Source of the DNA: Polyangium mundeleinium
GTDB taxonomy: Bacteria > Myxococcota_A > Polyangia > Polyangiales > Polyangiaceae
Direction of reading: 5' to 3'
Length of the DNA: 64,000 nucleotides
Assembly: GCF_028369105.1 (NCBI RefSeq)
Contig: NZ_JAQNDO010000001.1
Span: 2,035,711 to 2,099,710, forward strand
A program made the position numbers and the translations under genes. Positions 15,379-25,133 of this stretch are shown in pieces; within the stretch, counting starts at the first letter, position 1; every line of letters starts with the position of its first letter. The notes beneath the pieces were generated by a model. It ran no database searches, had not been told where the DNA came from, and worked only from the letters and a program-made list of their open reading frames with translations.

Positions 15379-15653
15379 CGTTTGCGATGTTACAGGCGGA
15401 TCCGATGGCGGATCAAGAACAATACAAGCGCGCGGCGACCGCCCTCGCCTTGGCCGCCGGAGGCCATCGCGGCCGCCGGCTTGTACGCGGCGTGAAACTT
15501 TGAGAACGTGGACACGCGTCAGGGGCGCGAGCGATCACGCCGTCCGCGCGTCGGGCGGGAAGGGGAGCACGAAGGTATGGCGACCGTCCGTCACATGATC
15601 GGCTTCCGCTGCGCGGACCACGCGCTTGCGGGCAGCGTTGCCGCGGCGTCTCG

Positions 15654-16418
15654 TTGAGGGGTCCCATGCGGCGGCCCTGGAACCGTCTCCTCTCCACGGC
15701 GCTCGCGGGCGCGCTCGTTGCCCTGACCACGCCGGCCGCGGCGCGCCCGGAGGACCCTGCGCCGTCCGCGCCGCTGCCCGTGCCCGCGCGCGAGGACACG
15801 ACAATCATCATTGAAGACAAACCCTCCGCGCCGCCGCGCGCGGCCCTGCGGCCGACGCCGACCGCGCCTGCGCCCGCGCCGAAAGAGCCGCCGCCGGCGC
15901 GCGCGCCCACCGTGCCGTATAGCCTCGGCCTCCTCGGCCTCGGCGCGGCGTTCGTCGTGACGGGCGGCGTCCTCATGGGGGTCGCGGCCACGCACGTCGA
16001 GCGCTGCGGGGTCGCCGGTTGTTATGACGTGCTCGATCCGAAGCTCGCGTTCATCGGCCAGCTCGTGCTCGCCGGCGGCATCGGCATGAGCCTCACCGCC
16101 GGCACGGCGGCGGCCGTGGGGCTCGTGGCCGACCGAAGACCCGGCCCCCGCCGGAGCGACCATTTCACGGAGATGGGCATCTTCGCGGTGGCCCTCGGCG
16201 CGGGCCTCGCCGGCGTGAGCCTCGCATCCGCCATGGCCCATGACGAGCATCTCGACGGCTTACCGGCCCCGTTCGTCCCCCGGGCCCTCGCCTTCGCGCT
16301 CGCGAGCACCGCCGCGGGGCTCGGCTTCTGGATTTACGGCGGGCGTGACGCGCCGAGCTCCACCGCCGCATCCTTGCGCGTGGGGCCGACCTCGGCGCAT
16401 TTCACGGTACATTACTGA
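15654..16418 (+). CDS. hypothetical Pro-rich membrane protein
   Basis: Signal (RLLSTALAGALVALTTPAAA), Pro-rich region, at least 3 hydrophobic helices; ends 6 nt before the next gene. The competing minus-strand ORFs are Arg-rich shadows. Confidence 0.5.
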   Translation: MRGPMRRPWNRLLSTALAGALVALTTPAAARPEDPAPSAPLPVPAREDTTIIIEDKPSAPPRAALRPTPTAPAPAPKEPPPARAPTVPYSLGLLGLGAAFVVTGGVLMGVAATHVERCGVAGCYDVLDPKLAFIGQLVLAGGIGMSLTAGTAAAVGLVADRRPGPRRSDHFTEMGIFAVALGAGLAGVSLASAMAHDEHLDGLPAPFVPRALAFALASTAAGLGFWIYGGRDAPSSTAASLRVGPTSAHFTVHY

Positions 16419-16424
16419 CCCGCC

Positions 16425-18353
16425 ATGGCCCCCCGCTCCTCCGCCGCGCCCCTCCTCGCTGCGTCCCTGTCCGCGCTCGTGCTCGTCGCTTGCCGCGGCG
16501 AAGGAGGCAGCGTGCGCGTCGACTTCCTGAACCCCGAAGTCGAGCTCTCCACGGGCGTGGACGGCCGCGTTCACCTCGACGGCGCGTTCGACCTCACGGC
16601 CACCCTCTCCACGTGGAGCGACGAGACCGAGGCCGAGATCTGGCTCGACAAACTCGACGTGACCACGCCGGACGCCCCAGTCTTTCCGGTCGTCGGCGAG
16701 ATCCGCGTGCCCGAGGGCGCGTCTTTGTTCCCGCTCGCGGTCGAGGCCTACAACGACAGCACGGTCCGCGTCCCTTTCACGGGCACGAGCCTGGAGACGC
16801 CGGGCGACGAGCTCGCATGGCTCTGCTCGATCGGCCGGCCCATGGAGCTCCAGGGCGCCGTGTACGACGCCGAGACCGGCTCCTTCCAGTCGTTTTATGA
16901 CGCGGCGTCGCAGCTCCAGGGACCGAGGCACGAGATCACGTTTTCCCGCAAGGACGCCGCCTCCCGGCCGCTCCCGCCGCGCTTCGCGTCGAGCCTCCCG
17001 CAGGGCTTGGGCGGCCTCACCGAGCTCGACGTCGAGCACGCGTGGGGCGGGTTCGTCCTCGGCGGCTCGCTCCTCGCGAACCTGAACCTCGGGGATCGGC
17101 AGATCTCCGCAGACGGCGCGGGCGACGTCGTGCTCGTCCGTTTCGACGCGCAGGGAAACGTCCTGTGGGATCACAAGTTCGGCAACGTTGGCATGGAAGG
17201 GATCTCCTCCCTTTCGCAGCGCGACGGGGCGGATCTCTTCGTGGGAGGGCATTACGACTACACGATCGATCTCGGGGCCGGCGTGCTCCAGAACCCGACC
17301 AGCGGATACGGCTATTTCGTCGCGCGCATGTCGGACACAGGCTCGACCGTGTGGAGCACCGGATTCATCGAGGACGTGGCTCCTCCGCGCACCCTTTGCA
17401 CCTTGCCCTACCCGCGTATCGCAGCCCGCCCGGACGGCGGCGTGAGCTTCGTGAAGAGCCTCCACGGATGGATCTCGTTCGCCGGCGGCCCGATCGAGGC
17501 GACGCCGCCCGTGGACGACTGCGGCCCGGACCTGCTCGTCGCCGCGTACGACGCCGCGGGCGCGCTGCTTTACGCGAACCGCTTCGGCGATGCGTACGAG
17601 CAGCAAGCGATCGACGTCGCGGTCGACGACGAGGGCACCACCTGGCTCGTGGGCGTCTCCGAGGGCGTGCTCGATTTCGGCCATGGCCTGCCGCCGATCG
17701 TGGGGCCTGGGATCGTCACGCCGCCGGAGGCAAGGCTCTTCGTCGCGGCGTTTGATCCCCAAGGCACGCCGATCCTCGCGCGGGACCTCGGGCACGTCCT
17801 GCTTCGCCCGAGCCACCAGGTGCGGCTCGCAGTGCGGCCCGGGGGCGGGGTCGTGGTGGCGGGGGCTTTTACCGGCGTGATCGACGTCGGAATGGAGCCG
17901 CTCGTGAGCACGGGCCCGGGCGACGATGGGTTCGTCGTGGCGCTCGACGCGACCGGCAGTCCGATATGGGGGCAGCACTTCGATCACCCGGCGAGCGCGG
18001 TCCTGGAGGCGTTCGCGCTCGCCGACGTGGCCGTCGCCGAGGACGGGCGCGTCGTGCTCGCGGGCCGCGCGACGTCGGGGTTTCGCATCGGCGGGCAGCC
18101 GCTCCCGGGCGGCACCTCGACGTTCGGCGGGGGCCTCGGGAGCGCGCTGTTCGCGTTGGTCCTCGACCCCGCGGGCGCGCCGCTCGGCCATCGGATCCTC
18201 TCGTGCAACGCGGGGCGGTTCGCTGCCCTCGACGTGGGGGCGGGCGAGGTGTCGCTCGTGAGTGCGGTCCTCGGGTATTCCGAGGGGAAGGACGGGCTCC
18301 TTCCTCGCAACGACGGCGCTTTGTGGATGGGCCGGCTCGCGCTGGATCCTTGA
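16425..18353 (+). CDS. lipoprotein with SBBP-type beta-propeller repeats
   Basis: Lipobox LVLVAC; repeated blades (GDVVLVRFDAQGNVLW, LLYANRFGDAYEQQAIDVAVDDEGTTWLVG, LFVAAFDPQGTPI, GFVVALDATGSPIWGQHF). Confidence 0.8.
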   Translation: MAPRSSAAPLLAASLSALVLVACRGEGGSVRVDFLNPEVELSTGVDGRVHLDGAFDLTATLSTWSDETEAEIWLDKLDVTTPDAPVFPVVGEIRVPEGASLFPLAVEAYNDSTVRVPFTGTSLETPGDELAWLCSIGRPMELQGAVYDAETGSFQSFYDAASQLQGPRHEITFSRKDAASRPLPPRFASSLPQGLGGLTELDVEHAWGGFVLGGSLLANLNLGDRQISADGAGDVVLVRFDAQGNVLWDHKFGNVGMEGISSLSQRDGADLFVGGHYDYTIDLGAGVLQNPTSGYGYFVARMSDTGSTVWSTGFIEDVAPPRTLCTLPYPRIAARPDGGVSFVKSLHGWISFAGGPIEATPPVDDCGPDLLVAAYDAAGALLYANRFGDAYEQQAIDVAVDDEGTTWLVGVSEGVLDFGHGLPPIVGPGIVTPPEARLFVAAFDPQGTPILARDLGHVLLRPSHQVRLAVRPGGGVVVAGAFTGVIDVGMEPLVSTGPGDDGFVVALDATGSPIWGQHFDHPASAVLEAFALADVAVAEDGRVVLAGRATSGFRIGGQPLPGGTSTFGGGLGSALFALVLDPAGAPLGHRILSCNAGRFAALDVGAGEVSLVSAVLGYSEGKDGLLPRNDGALWMGRLALDP

Positions 18354-18414
18354 GCGACGTCCCCCCGCGCTTCTTCACGAAGGGTTGGTCGTCCAACGAA
18401 TCGCGCGGGGCGCG

Positions 18415-19425
18415 TTACTTCTTGGCGGGAGCGGGCGCGGGCGCGGGAGCAGGTGCGGCGGCAGGCGCAGCGGCGGGCGCGGCGGGCTCGGCGCCGTGGC
18501 CGGCGTGCGGATCGCTCGCGGCGGCCTCGGGATCGACCGAGATGCCCTTGCGGGTCGTCTTCGTCAGCGGGCCTTCGAGGGGCTTGCCGTCCTTGTCGAC
18601 GAGCTCGACCGTCACCTCGTAGTCGCCCTTCGGCAGGTTCTTCGCGACCTTCGGGGCCCACGTGGTGAACTCGCCCGTGAGCGGCGTGGCGAGGCCCGCG
18701 CCGGCGATCGTGTATTTGACCTTCTCGCCTTTGTCGAGCGCCGTGCCGAAGAGATAGAAATCGAGGAGCAGCTCCTTGCCCATCGCGCCCTTGTTTTCGC
18801 CCTTGGGGCGGCTGTAGACGACGTGGGGCTTCTTCGGGTCGAACGCGCTCTTGCCCTTCTTGCCGACCCAGAACGTCACGAGCTGCTGCGCGCCCTTGCC
18901 CTTGACCGACTCGTGCGTCGCGCGGCTCGCGAACGCGACGAGCGTGTGCTCGCCCTCCGTGAGCTCGGTGCCCGCGGGCAGCAGCTCGGAGACCTTCACG
19001 GGCTTTTTCGTGTCGTAGATCGCCTTGTACGGGAGGTCGTCGAGGATCAGGTGGACGTGCGGCCCCTTCTCGACCGTGGCCCAGTCCTTCACGTCGAGCT
19101 TGATCTCGAAGTCCTTCGCCTTGGCCAGGTCGCCGATCGACGCGTCGTTCTTCGGCGCCGTGATCTTCACGCTCGGCAGCGGCTTCGGGTCCTCGCTCGG
19201 CTTCATGTCCTCGACGACGGGCGGCGGCGGCGCGGGCTTCTTCGCCTCGGTCGTCGTCGTCGTCGTCGTCGTCGTGGCCGCGGGCTCGGGCGTCGGCACG
19301 GCCGTCGTCTCGGCCGGCTTCGCCTCTTCCTGCGACGGTTCCTTCACCTCGGTCTCCGCGCCGCCGCACGCGAAAGCGCTCACGACGAGGGAGAGCATCC
19401 CGACAAACGATACCGTGGTTTTCAT
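18415..19425 (-). CDS. Lys/Pro/Thr-rich lipoprotein
   Basis: MKTTVSFVGMLSLVVSAFAC lipobox, poly-Thr linker, lower-GC Lys-rich body, C-terminal PAAPAAAPAPAPAPAPAKK. Confidence 0.8.
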   Translation of the reverse strand: MKTTVSFVGMLSLVVSAFACGGAETEVKEPSQEEAKPAETTAVPTPEPAATTTTTTTTTEAKKPAPPPPVVEDMKPSEDPKPLPSVKITAPKNDASIGDLAKAKDFEIKLDVKDWATVEKGPHVHLILDDLPYKAIYDTKKPVKVSELLPAGTELTEGEHTLVAFASRATHESVKGKGAQQLVTFWVGKKGKSAFDPKKPHVVYSRPKGENKGAMGKELLLDFYLFGTALDKGEKVKYTIAGAGLATPLTGEFTTWAPKVAKNLPKGDYEVTVELVDKDGKPLEGPLTKTTRKGISVDPEAAASDPHAGHGAEPAAPAAAPAAAPAPAPAPAPAKK

Positions 19426-19671
19426 GGCTCGCCCCTCTAACGCGAAGGCGGGCCCGCGTCGAGGGTGGACGACGGGTTTTTCGTCCCCCGTGCCCTCCGT
19501 TCAGGGGGCGCAGTCACGCGCGTCCCGCGCGCAACGGAAACCCCAAGACCTCGCGGCGGGCCGCGGGGGACGCGAAGCCCCATAGGGCGGCCATGACGTA
19601 CCCGTCATCGACGGACCCGAAGCGCGCGCCGCGCAGCGCCGGGGAGGTTTGCCCGTGCGCGGTCGTGAACG

Positions 19672-20289
19672 TCAGAAGAAAAATGCAGCGCAACAACCCT
19701 CTTGATTGTCGCATTTGCCCGACGGCTCCGTGCACGTCCCGAGCAGCGACGTATCCGAGCGGCAGGTGCACTGCCACGTCCCGTCGCCGAGGCGCGTGCA
19801 CGACGTGCGCAGCTCACCGACTCCTGCGCAGAACGTCGAGCTCGTACACGCGTCGCTCGCGGACGTGCCACTTTGCCCCGTGCACGCGGCCGTATCACTC
19901 CGCGTTTTTCCCTGCGCGCAGGCCCGGAACGCGTCTTCCTCGGCCTTGCAGCCGGCCGGCGGCACGACCTGCGTCGGCACACACGTGAAATCCGCTTTCT
20001 GATCCGCCCAGCATCCGAGCAGCGTTTCGAACGCGCTTTCACACGCCTCGTCCGTGTCGAGGTAGTCCGCGCAATCTTTCGCGCAGCTCGACCACACGAA
20101 GCATTTGATCTGCGAGACGTGGTCGCAGAGCTCGCCGCACCTCGCCGGCGGCAGCTTCGGCTCGCCGCCGCCGCTGCCGCCCGAGCCGCTCGTCGTCGTG
20201 GAAGAGGGAGGGGGCTCCTCCGCGCCGCATGCGAGAAGCCCCTGCAACGTCCCGAAGACGAGGATTGTCCAGACAATTCCGATCCGCAT
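19672..20289 (-). CDS. Cys-rich secreted lipoprotein (24 Cys), ends FFF
   Basis: Start at MRIGIVWTILVFGTLQGLLAC (lipobox LLAC); ATG 20289. Confidence 0.65.
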   Translation of the reverse strand: MRIGIVWTILVFGTLQGLLACGAEEPPPSSTTTSGSGGSGGGEPKLPPARCGELCDHVSQIKCFVWSSCAKDCADYLDTDEACESAFETLLGCWADQKADFTCVPTQVVPPAGCKAEEDAFRACAQGKTRSDTAACTGQSGTSASDACTSSTFCAGVGELRTSCTRLGDGTWQCTCRSDTSLLGTCTEPSGKCDNQEGCCAAFFF

Positions 20290-20334
20290 CGAGCGACTAT
20301 AGGCCGGCGCGGCCATCCCGGAGAAGCGTGTTGC

Positions 20335-21858
20335 TCAGCGTTTCCGGAGCTCCTCTGGCACGCGGGCAAACGTCTCGGGGGCTTCGGCAGCCGCCCATGC
20401 GACCGTGGCCACAGCCCCGACGACCTGATCGAGGTCCTCCTTCGTGACCTTGTCGAGCGTGTCGTTCGCCGTGTGGTGGACGTCGAAGTACTTCGTCGCG
20501 TCCTGGTGCAGATCCACGATCGGCACGGCCGCGGCGTGCAGCGGGATGAGGTCGGCGCCGCCGCGCGCCGGGCCCTTGTCGTACTGGATCCCGAGCGGCG
20601 AAACGAGGCTCGCGATCCGCTCGGCCACGGGCCGCGAGGTGTCGGCGACGAGGAAGCGCGTCGTGTGCACGCGGCCGGAGCCGAGATCGATCTCCAGGGC
20701 GAGCTGGTGCTTGTCGAGCTCGGCCGCGTGGTCCTTGGCGTAGGCGACCGCGCCGCGCAGGCCGTTCTCCTCGTTGGCGAAGAGCACCACGCGGATCGTG
20801 CGTCGCGGCCGCGTGCCGAGGCCGAGCACGAGCCGCGCGGCCTCGACGACCGCCGCGCACCCGGCGCCGTCGTCGATCGCGCCTTGCCCGAGGTCCCACG
20901 CGTCGAGGTGCGCGCCGATCAGGACGATCTCGTCGGGCTTCTCGCGCCCCTTCACCTCGCCGATCACGTTCGCGCTCTCGGCGTCGGGCAGGAGCTTCGC
21001 CCCGAGCGAGAAGCTCACGCGCACGGGTTTGCCCTGACCGACCAGCCGCGCGAGGAGCTCCGCGTCGGGCACGGAGAGCGCGGCGGCCGGGATCTTGGGG
21101 ACGTCTTTCTCGTAGCCCATGGCGCCCGTGTGGGGGAGCCTGTCGTGATCGGTGCCGATCGAGCGGAGGAGCACGCCGATCGCGCCCTTTTTGGCGGCGG
21201 CGACGGCGCCGCGGTGCCGGACGCCGGCGACCTTGCCGTAGCCCGAGCCGTCGCTCGTGCGGGTCATGGGGGCCGAGAAGAAGACGATCTTGCCTTTGAC
21301 CTTGGCCTCGTCCATCGCCGCCATCGCGTCGAGCGACTCGACCATGACGATCTCGCCTTCGAGCCCCTTCGCGGGCGTCCCGACGCTCCCGCCGAGCGCG
21401 GTGAGCGCGAGCGGGTGCGCGTACGGCGCGACGATCCGGCCGCTCTCCGGGCCACGCTCCCAATGCGGGACCATGACCTTTTCGGCGCGCACGTTGTCGA
21501 GCCCCTTGTCCTTCAGGGTGCGGAGGGCCCAGGCGACGGCGGCCTTGTCCCCGAGCGACCCCGCGAGCCTCGGCCCGACCTCGTCGACGAGCGAACGAAC
21601 CATGTCGTACGCGCGCGAGTCGACCTTCGCGGCGCTCTGGAGTTTGTCGACGTTCGGATCGCGGGGCACGGGGGCGGGAGCGGCGGCGGAAGCGGCGGCG
21701 GAAGCGGAAGCGGGAGCGGGAGCGGCGGCGGAAGCGGTCGCGGGAGCGGCAGCGGGCGCGGCGGCGGGTGTGGCGGCGCGTTCGGGCGTCGGGGTTTCTG
21801 CGGCCGAGCAGGCCGTGAGCGAGAGCGTGGCGAGGAGGAGGGCGCTTCGGGCAGACAT
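20335..21858 (-). CDS. M28 family zinc aminopeptidase lipoprotein
   Basis: Lipobox LSLTAC; Ala/Pro-rich linker; IGAHLDAWDLGQGAIDDGAGCAAVVEAARL and FANEENGLRG metal-binding motifs. Confidence 0.9.
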   Translation of the reverse strand: MSARSALLLATLSLTACSAAETPTPERAATPAAAPAAAPATASAAAPAPASASAAASAAAPAPVPRDPNVDKLQSAAKVDSRAYDMVRSLVDEVGPRLAGSLGDKAAVAWALRTLKDKGLDNVRAEKVMVPHWERGPESGRIVAPYAHPLALTALGGSVGTPAKGLEGEIVMVESLDAMAAMDEAKVKGKIVFFSAPMTRTSDGSGYGKVAGVRHRGAVAAAKKGAIGVLLRSIGTDHDRLPHTGAMGYEKDVPKIPAAALSVPDAELLARLVGQGKPVRVSFSLGAKLLPDAESANVIGEVKGREKPDEIVLIGAHLDAWDLGQGAIDDGAGCAAVVEAARLVLGLGTRPRRTIRVVLFANEENGLRGAVAYAKDHAAELDKHQLALEIDLGSGRVHTTRFLVADTSRPVAERIASLVSPLGIQYDKGPARGGADLIPLHAAAVPIVDLHQDATKYFDVHHTANDTLDKVTKEDLDQVVGAVATVAWAAAEAPETFARVPEELRKR

Positions 21859-22021
21859 CGCGGGGCGCGAGTTTGGCGCAAGTCGAGGGGGATGAAAATG
21901 GCTGGATCACGCTCGGCGAAAGCCTGTTCCTCGGAGCATCCGGCTTGCCGTGATTGTCCGGAGCATCGCGTTGACCGGGTAGCGGCGTGAGGGTACCCTC
22001 GAATCGTCCCTGGAGTCGGCC

Positions 22022-22837
22022 ATGCAAACCTCCCACGAACGCCCTGCCATCAAGCCTCGTGATCCCGGCCTCGACTTCGACGAGACCGTCCCGCGCCACT
22101 GGTTCGGGGGCAACGCGCTCGCCACGCACATCGCGAACGGCGTCAATCTGCTGTTCCCGGCGGGCGAGCGCTTTTTCGTGCGCAGCGTCCATCATTACCT
22201 CGACAAACTCGACGACCCCGAGCTCCGCGCCCAGGTGAAGGGCTTTTTCGCTCAGGAGGGCCGCCACGCCCGCACGCACGAGCGTTTCTTCGAGCGCCTC
22301 GAGGAGCAAGGCTACGAGATCCAGACGTTCCTCCGCGTCTACGAGAAGATCGCGTACGGCGTCCTCGAACCTGCGTTCCCCCCGGCCTTCCGCCTCTCCG
22401 TCACCGCCGCGGCCGAGCATTTCACCGCCATCATGGCCGAGAATGCGCTCCGCGAGCGGTTCCTCGATCGGGCCCACCCGGCGCTGCGTGACCTCTTGTT
22501 CTGGCACGCCGCCGAGGAGATCGAGCACCGCGCCGTCGCCTTCGACGTGCTCGGGAAGGTCGCGCCGAGTTATGCCTTGCGGGTCGCCGGCATGGCCCTC
22601 GCCGCCTCCACGCTCGCGGCGTTCTGGATCGCCGGCACGCTCGTGCTCCTCGATCAGGACCGCCGCCGCGGTGATGTCGACCTCCGGGCCGAGCTCCGGA
22701 AGCTCCGCGAGCATCCGATTGGCCAGCGGGTCTTTTTGCGGGGCATCAAGACCTATCTCCGGCGCGATTTTCATCCGCTCGAGGCCGAGATCGACAGCCT
22801 CGCGCGGCAATGGCTCGAAGCGAAGGGCATGGCATGA
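22022..22837 (+). CDS. predicted metal-dependent hydrolase (ferritin-like; PF10118-type His/Glu motifs)
   Basis: FFAQEGRHARTHERFF ... HAAEEIEHRAVAFD; stop TGA overlaps the next start (ATGA). Confidence 0.7.
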   Translation: MQTSHERPAIKPRDPGLDFDETVPRHWFGGNALATHIANGVNLLFPAGERFFVRSVHHYLDKLDDPELRAQVKGFFAQEGRHARTHERFFERLEEQGYEIQTFLRVYEKIAYGVLEPAFPPAFRLSVTAAAEHFTAIMAENALRERFLDRAHPALRDLLFWHAAEEIEHRAVAFDVLGKVAPSYALRVAGMALAASTLAAFWIAGTLVLLDQDRRRGDVDLRAELRKLREHPIGQRVFLRGIKTYLRRDFHPLEAEIDSLARQWLEAKGMA

Positions 22838-23481
22838 CGTTGGCCGTCGAGGTCGGCCCGCGGATCGAGCGCCGCGTGCTCTCGATCGACAGCGCGTACG
22901 ACGAGGACACCGTCGAGGTCCAGCGGATGCGGGATGCGCTGTATGCGGGCCTCGGCGGCCGTGTCGTGCGCTTCGGGCGCACGCTCACCGAGCGCAGCAC
23001 CGTCCTCGCGGCCCTCCGCGTCGCCGCGGAAGAGGGGCGACCTTATGCGGCGATCCTCGTGACCTCGCACGGCGAGCCGAGCCGCGTCCTCGACACGAAT
23101 TCGCCCAAGGGCCTGCTCCTCGCCGACGATTTCCCCGAGGACGAGCTGCGGCTCTGGGCGGAGAACCGCGCCTTGCATTTCATGTGCTGCGACACGGGCG
23201 CGGGCCCGCTCCTCTCGCGGCTCGCGGGGCTCGGCGCGCGCCTCGTCGTCGGGTTCGAGGGCAAACCGCGCTGGCATTCGCCGGAGGGCCGGCAGCGGTG
23301 GCGCGCGTTCGACGCCGAGACCGTGCGCGCGGTCATTGATACGCCCGATCCGAAGGTGGTGGACGAGATTCGTGTACGCTGGCTCGGCCTCGTCGAGCAA
23401 TGGCTCGTGACGGCGCCGCCGGGGTATGCGCAGGACCTCCGGGACATGCGGCAGACGCTCGGGACGATGGTGATTCTCTGA
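22834..23481 (+). CDS. hypothetical protein with caspase-like His...Cys blocks (ILVTSHG ... LHFMCCDTGAG)
   Basis: ATGA overlap with the upstream gene and TGATG overlap with the downstream gene (3-gene coupled operon). Confidence 0.6.
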   Translation: MTLAVEVGPRIERRVLSIDSAYDEDTVEVQRMRDALYAGLGGRVVRFGRTLTERSTVLAALRVAAEEGRPYAAILVTSHGEPSRVLDTNSPKGLLLADDFPEDELRLWAENRALHFMCCDTGAGPLLSRLAGLGARLVVGFEGKPRWHSPEGRQRWRAFDAETVRAVIDTPDPKVVDEIRVRWLGLVEQWLVTAPPGYAQDLRDMRQTLGTMVIL

Positions 23482-25076
23482 TGCGAAGGAAACACGCGGC
23501 ACGGTCTTTCCTCCTCGCGGCGGCGCTCGTGTTGCCGCTGTCCGGCTGCGGGGGCACGCGTATGATCGGGAGCGGCCCGCATGCGTACGGGGAAGCCGCG
23601 CCCGAGGGCATCCGGTATCACCTGCCGAAGACGCTGGTCGAGGTCAGCGTCCGGACCACGCTCACGTCGCGGCGGAGCGTCTCGTACGAGAAAAACGACG
23701 CGGGGCTCTACGAGTTCAAGGTGAAGAGCCTGCCGTTCGACGTCGAGCAGAGCGCGGCGACGGTCACGGTCCTGCACGTGCCGGACACGCGCGAGTTTTA
23801 TGCGCTCCACCTCGAACCGGGCCGCACGTCCGACGATTCGCTGGCCGTCGAGACGTACGGCAATGGTTTGCTCAAGTCCATCAACGTGGAGAGCGCGGGG
23901 CGCGAAGGGCAGGTCGTCGCCGATACGCTCGAAGCGGCGGCCACGATCGCGGGATTTCTCGTGGGGCTCGCGGACCGTGGGACCGAGGCTGCGCGGACGT
24001 TCGCCTGCGGAAAACTCCGTACCGATCCCTCCGCGGCGAAATTCCCCTGCGAGGACCTCGAAGGGTTGCCCATGCAGACCTTGTATTTCCTCGCGGCGAG
24101 CGCGGAGGGTCGCAAGCTCTTCCTGCGCGGCCACGAGCTCGACGCGGTCGCGAGTGAGCGCAGGAAAACGAAGAAGGAGATCGAGGATCGGATCGGCGCC
24201 GCGGACGCGAAAGATCTCGCCGCGCTCGAATCGAAGCGCGCCATGCTCGACGCCTCGCTTCGCGCGGCCCTCGAAGAACGCAAAGAGGTGAGCGCCGCGT
24301 TCGAAGCCCGACTCCAGGCATTCGCCGAAGAGCAACGGTTCGCGCCGGAGTCGATCACGCGAGACGTCGTGCGTGTCTTCGACGTCGCGGAGATCCCCGA
24401 GGAAGCCACGCTGCCCGAGGGTACGAAATCGGCCGACGTGCCGGCGAAGCTCGCGCGTCACCCGGCCATGCTGGAGCTCTGGAATGCGACCCGCATCGCG
24501 ATGGCCTTGACCCCCGATCGCGGCGCGCCGCCGAAACCACCGAAGGGCGCGGCGCCGGCCGAGGAAGAGGCGGAAGGGCGCGTGTTTTATCGTCCGTCGC
24601 GCGCGGCCACGCTGCGGCTGCTCTCGCAAGGGAAAATCGCGGATCCGGACGAAGGGCGAATCGGGGAGTCGTACGAGGGGATTCGTATCGTGGACGCGAG
24701 GATCATCGACGTGATGGATCCCCGTGAGCCGCCGGCGACGGTCTCCTTTGATCCGGCCGCATTCGCCAAGCGCAGGCTCGCGCTCGGATTCGACACGAAA
24801 GGCCGCCTCGTCCGGCTGGAGCAGAGCAGCGCCTCGACCTTCCCCAGCGCGACCGGCGCGGTCGCGGAGGGCCTCGCCAGCGCGAGCGACGCGCTCGGGT
24901 TCGCCAGCATGGTCGACAGCGCTGCGACCGAGGAGACGCTCTCCACGGTCGACGCGCTCGTGCAGATCGAGCGGCTGCGCAGGCAGAGACAATCCCTCGA
25001 CGTGCAGATCCAGGCGCTCGAAACGCAAAAAGCAACCGAATCGAAGAAACGCGTCGCGCCGCCCGTTACGCCCTGA
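23481..25076 (+). CDS. coiled-coil lipoprotein, hypothetical
   Basis: MRRKHAARSFLLAAALVLPLSGC lipobox; long helical Glu/Arg/Ala-rich region. Confidence 0.7.
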   Translation: MRRKHAARSFLLAAALVLPLSGCGGTRMIGSGPHAYGEAAPEGIRYHLPKTLVEVSVRTTLTSRRSVSYEKNDAGLYEFKVKSLPFDVEQSAATVTVLHVPDTREFYALHLEPGRTSDDSLAVETYGNGLLKSINVESAGREGQVVADTLEAAATIAGFLVGLADRGTEAARTFACGKLRTDPSAAKFPCEDLEGLPMQTLYFLAASAEGRKLFLRGHELDAVASERRKTKKEIEDRIGAADAKDLAALESKRAMLDASLRAALEERKEVSAAFEARLQAFAEEQRFAPESITRDVVRVFDVAEIPEEATLPEGTKSADVPAKLARHPAMLELWNATRIAMALTPDRGAPPKPPKGAAPAEEEAEGRVFYRPSRAATLRLLSQGKIADPDEGRIGESYEGIRIVDARIIDVMDPREPPATVSFDPAAFAKRRLALGFDTKGRLVRLEQSSASTFPSATGAVAEGLASASDALGFASMVDSAATEETLSTVDALVQIERLRRQRQSLDVQIQALETQKATESKKRVAPPVTP

Positions 25077-25133
25077 GCACGGGTCCCATGCGGCGCTGCC
25101 ACGACGGTATCGCCTGCATCCCCCAGCCTGCCC

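Noticed and set aside
16260-22810. Long ORFs 16260..18191(-), 17984..19369(-), 18262..19440(+), 19702..21990(+), 20297..22810(-).
   Set aside because: Arg/Gly/Asp-rich, no motifs; each overlaps a well-supported gene on the other strand.
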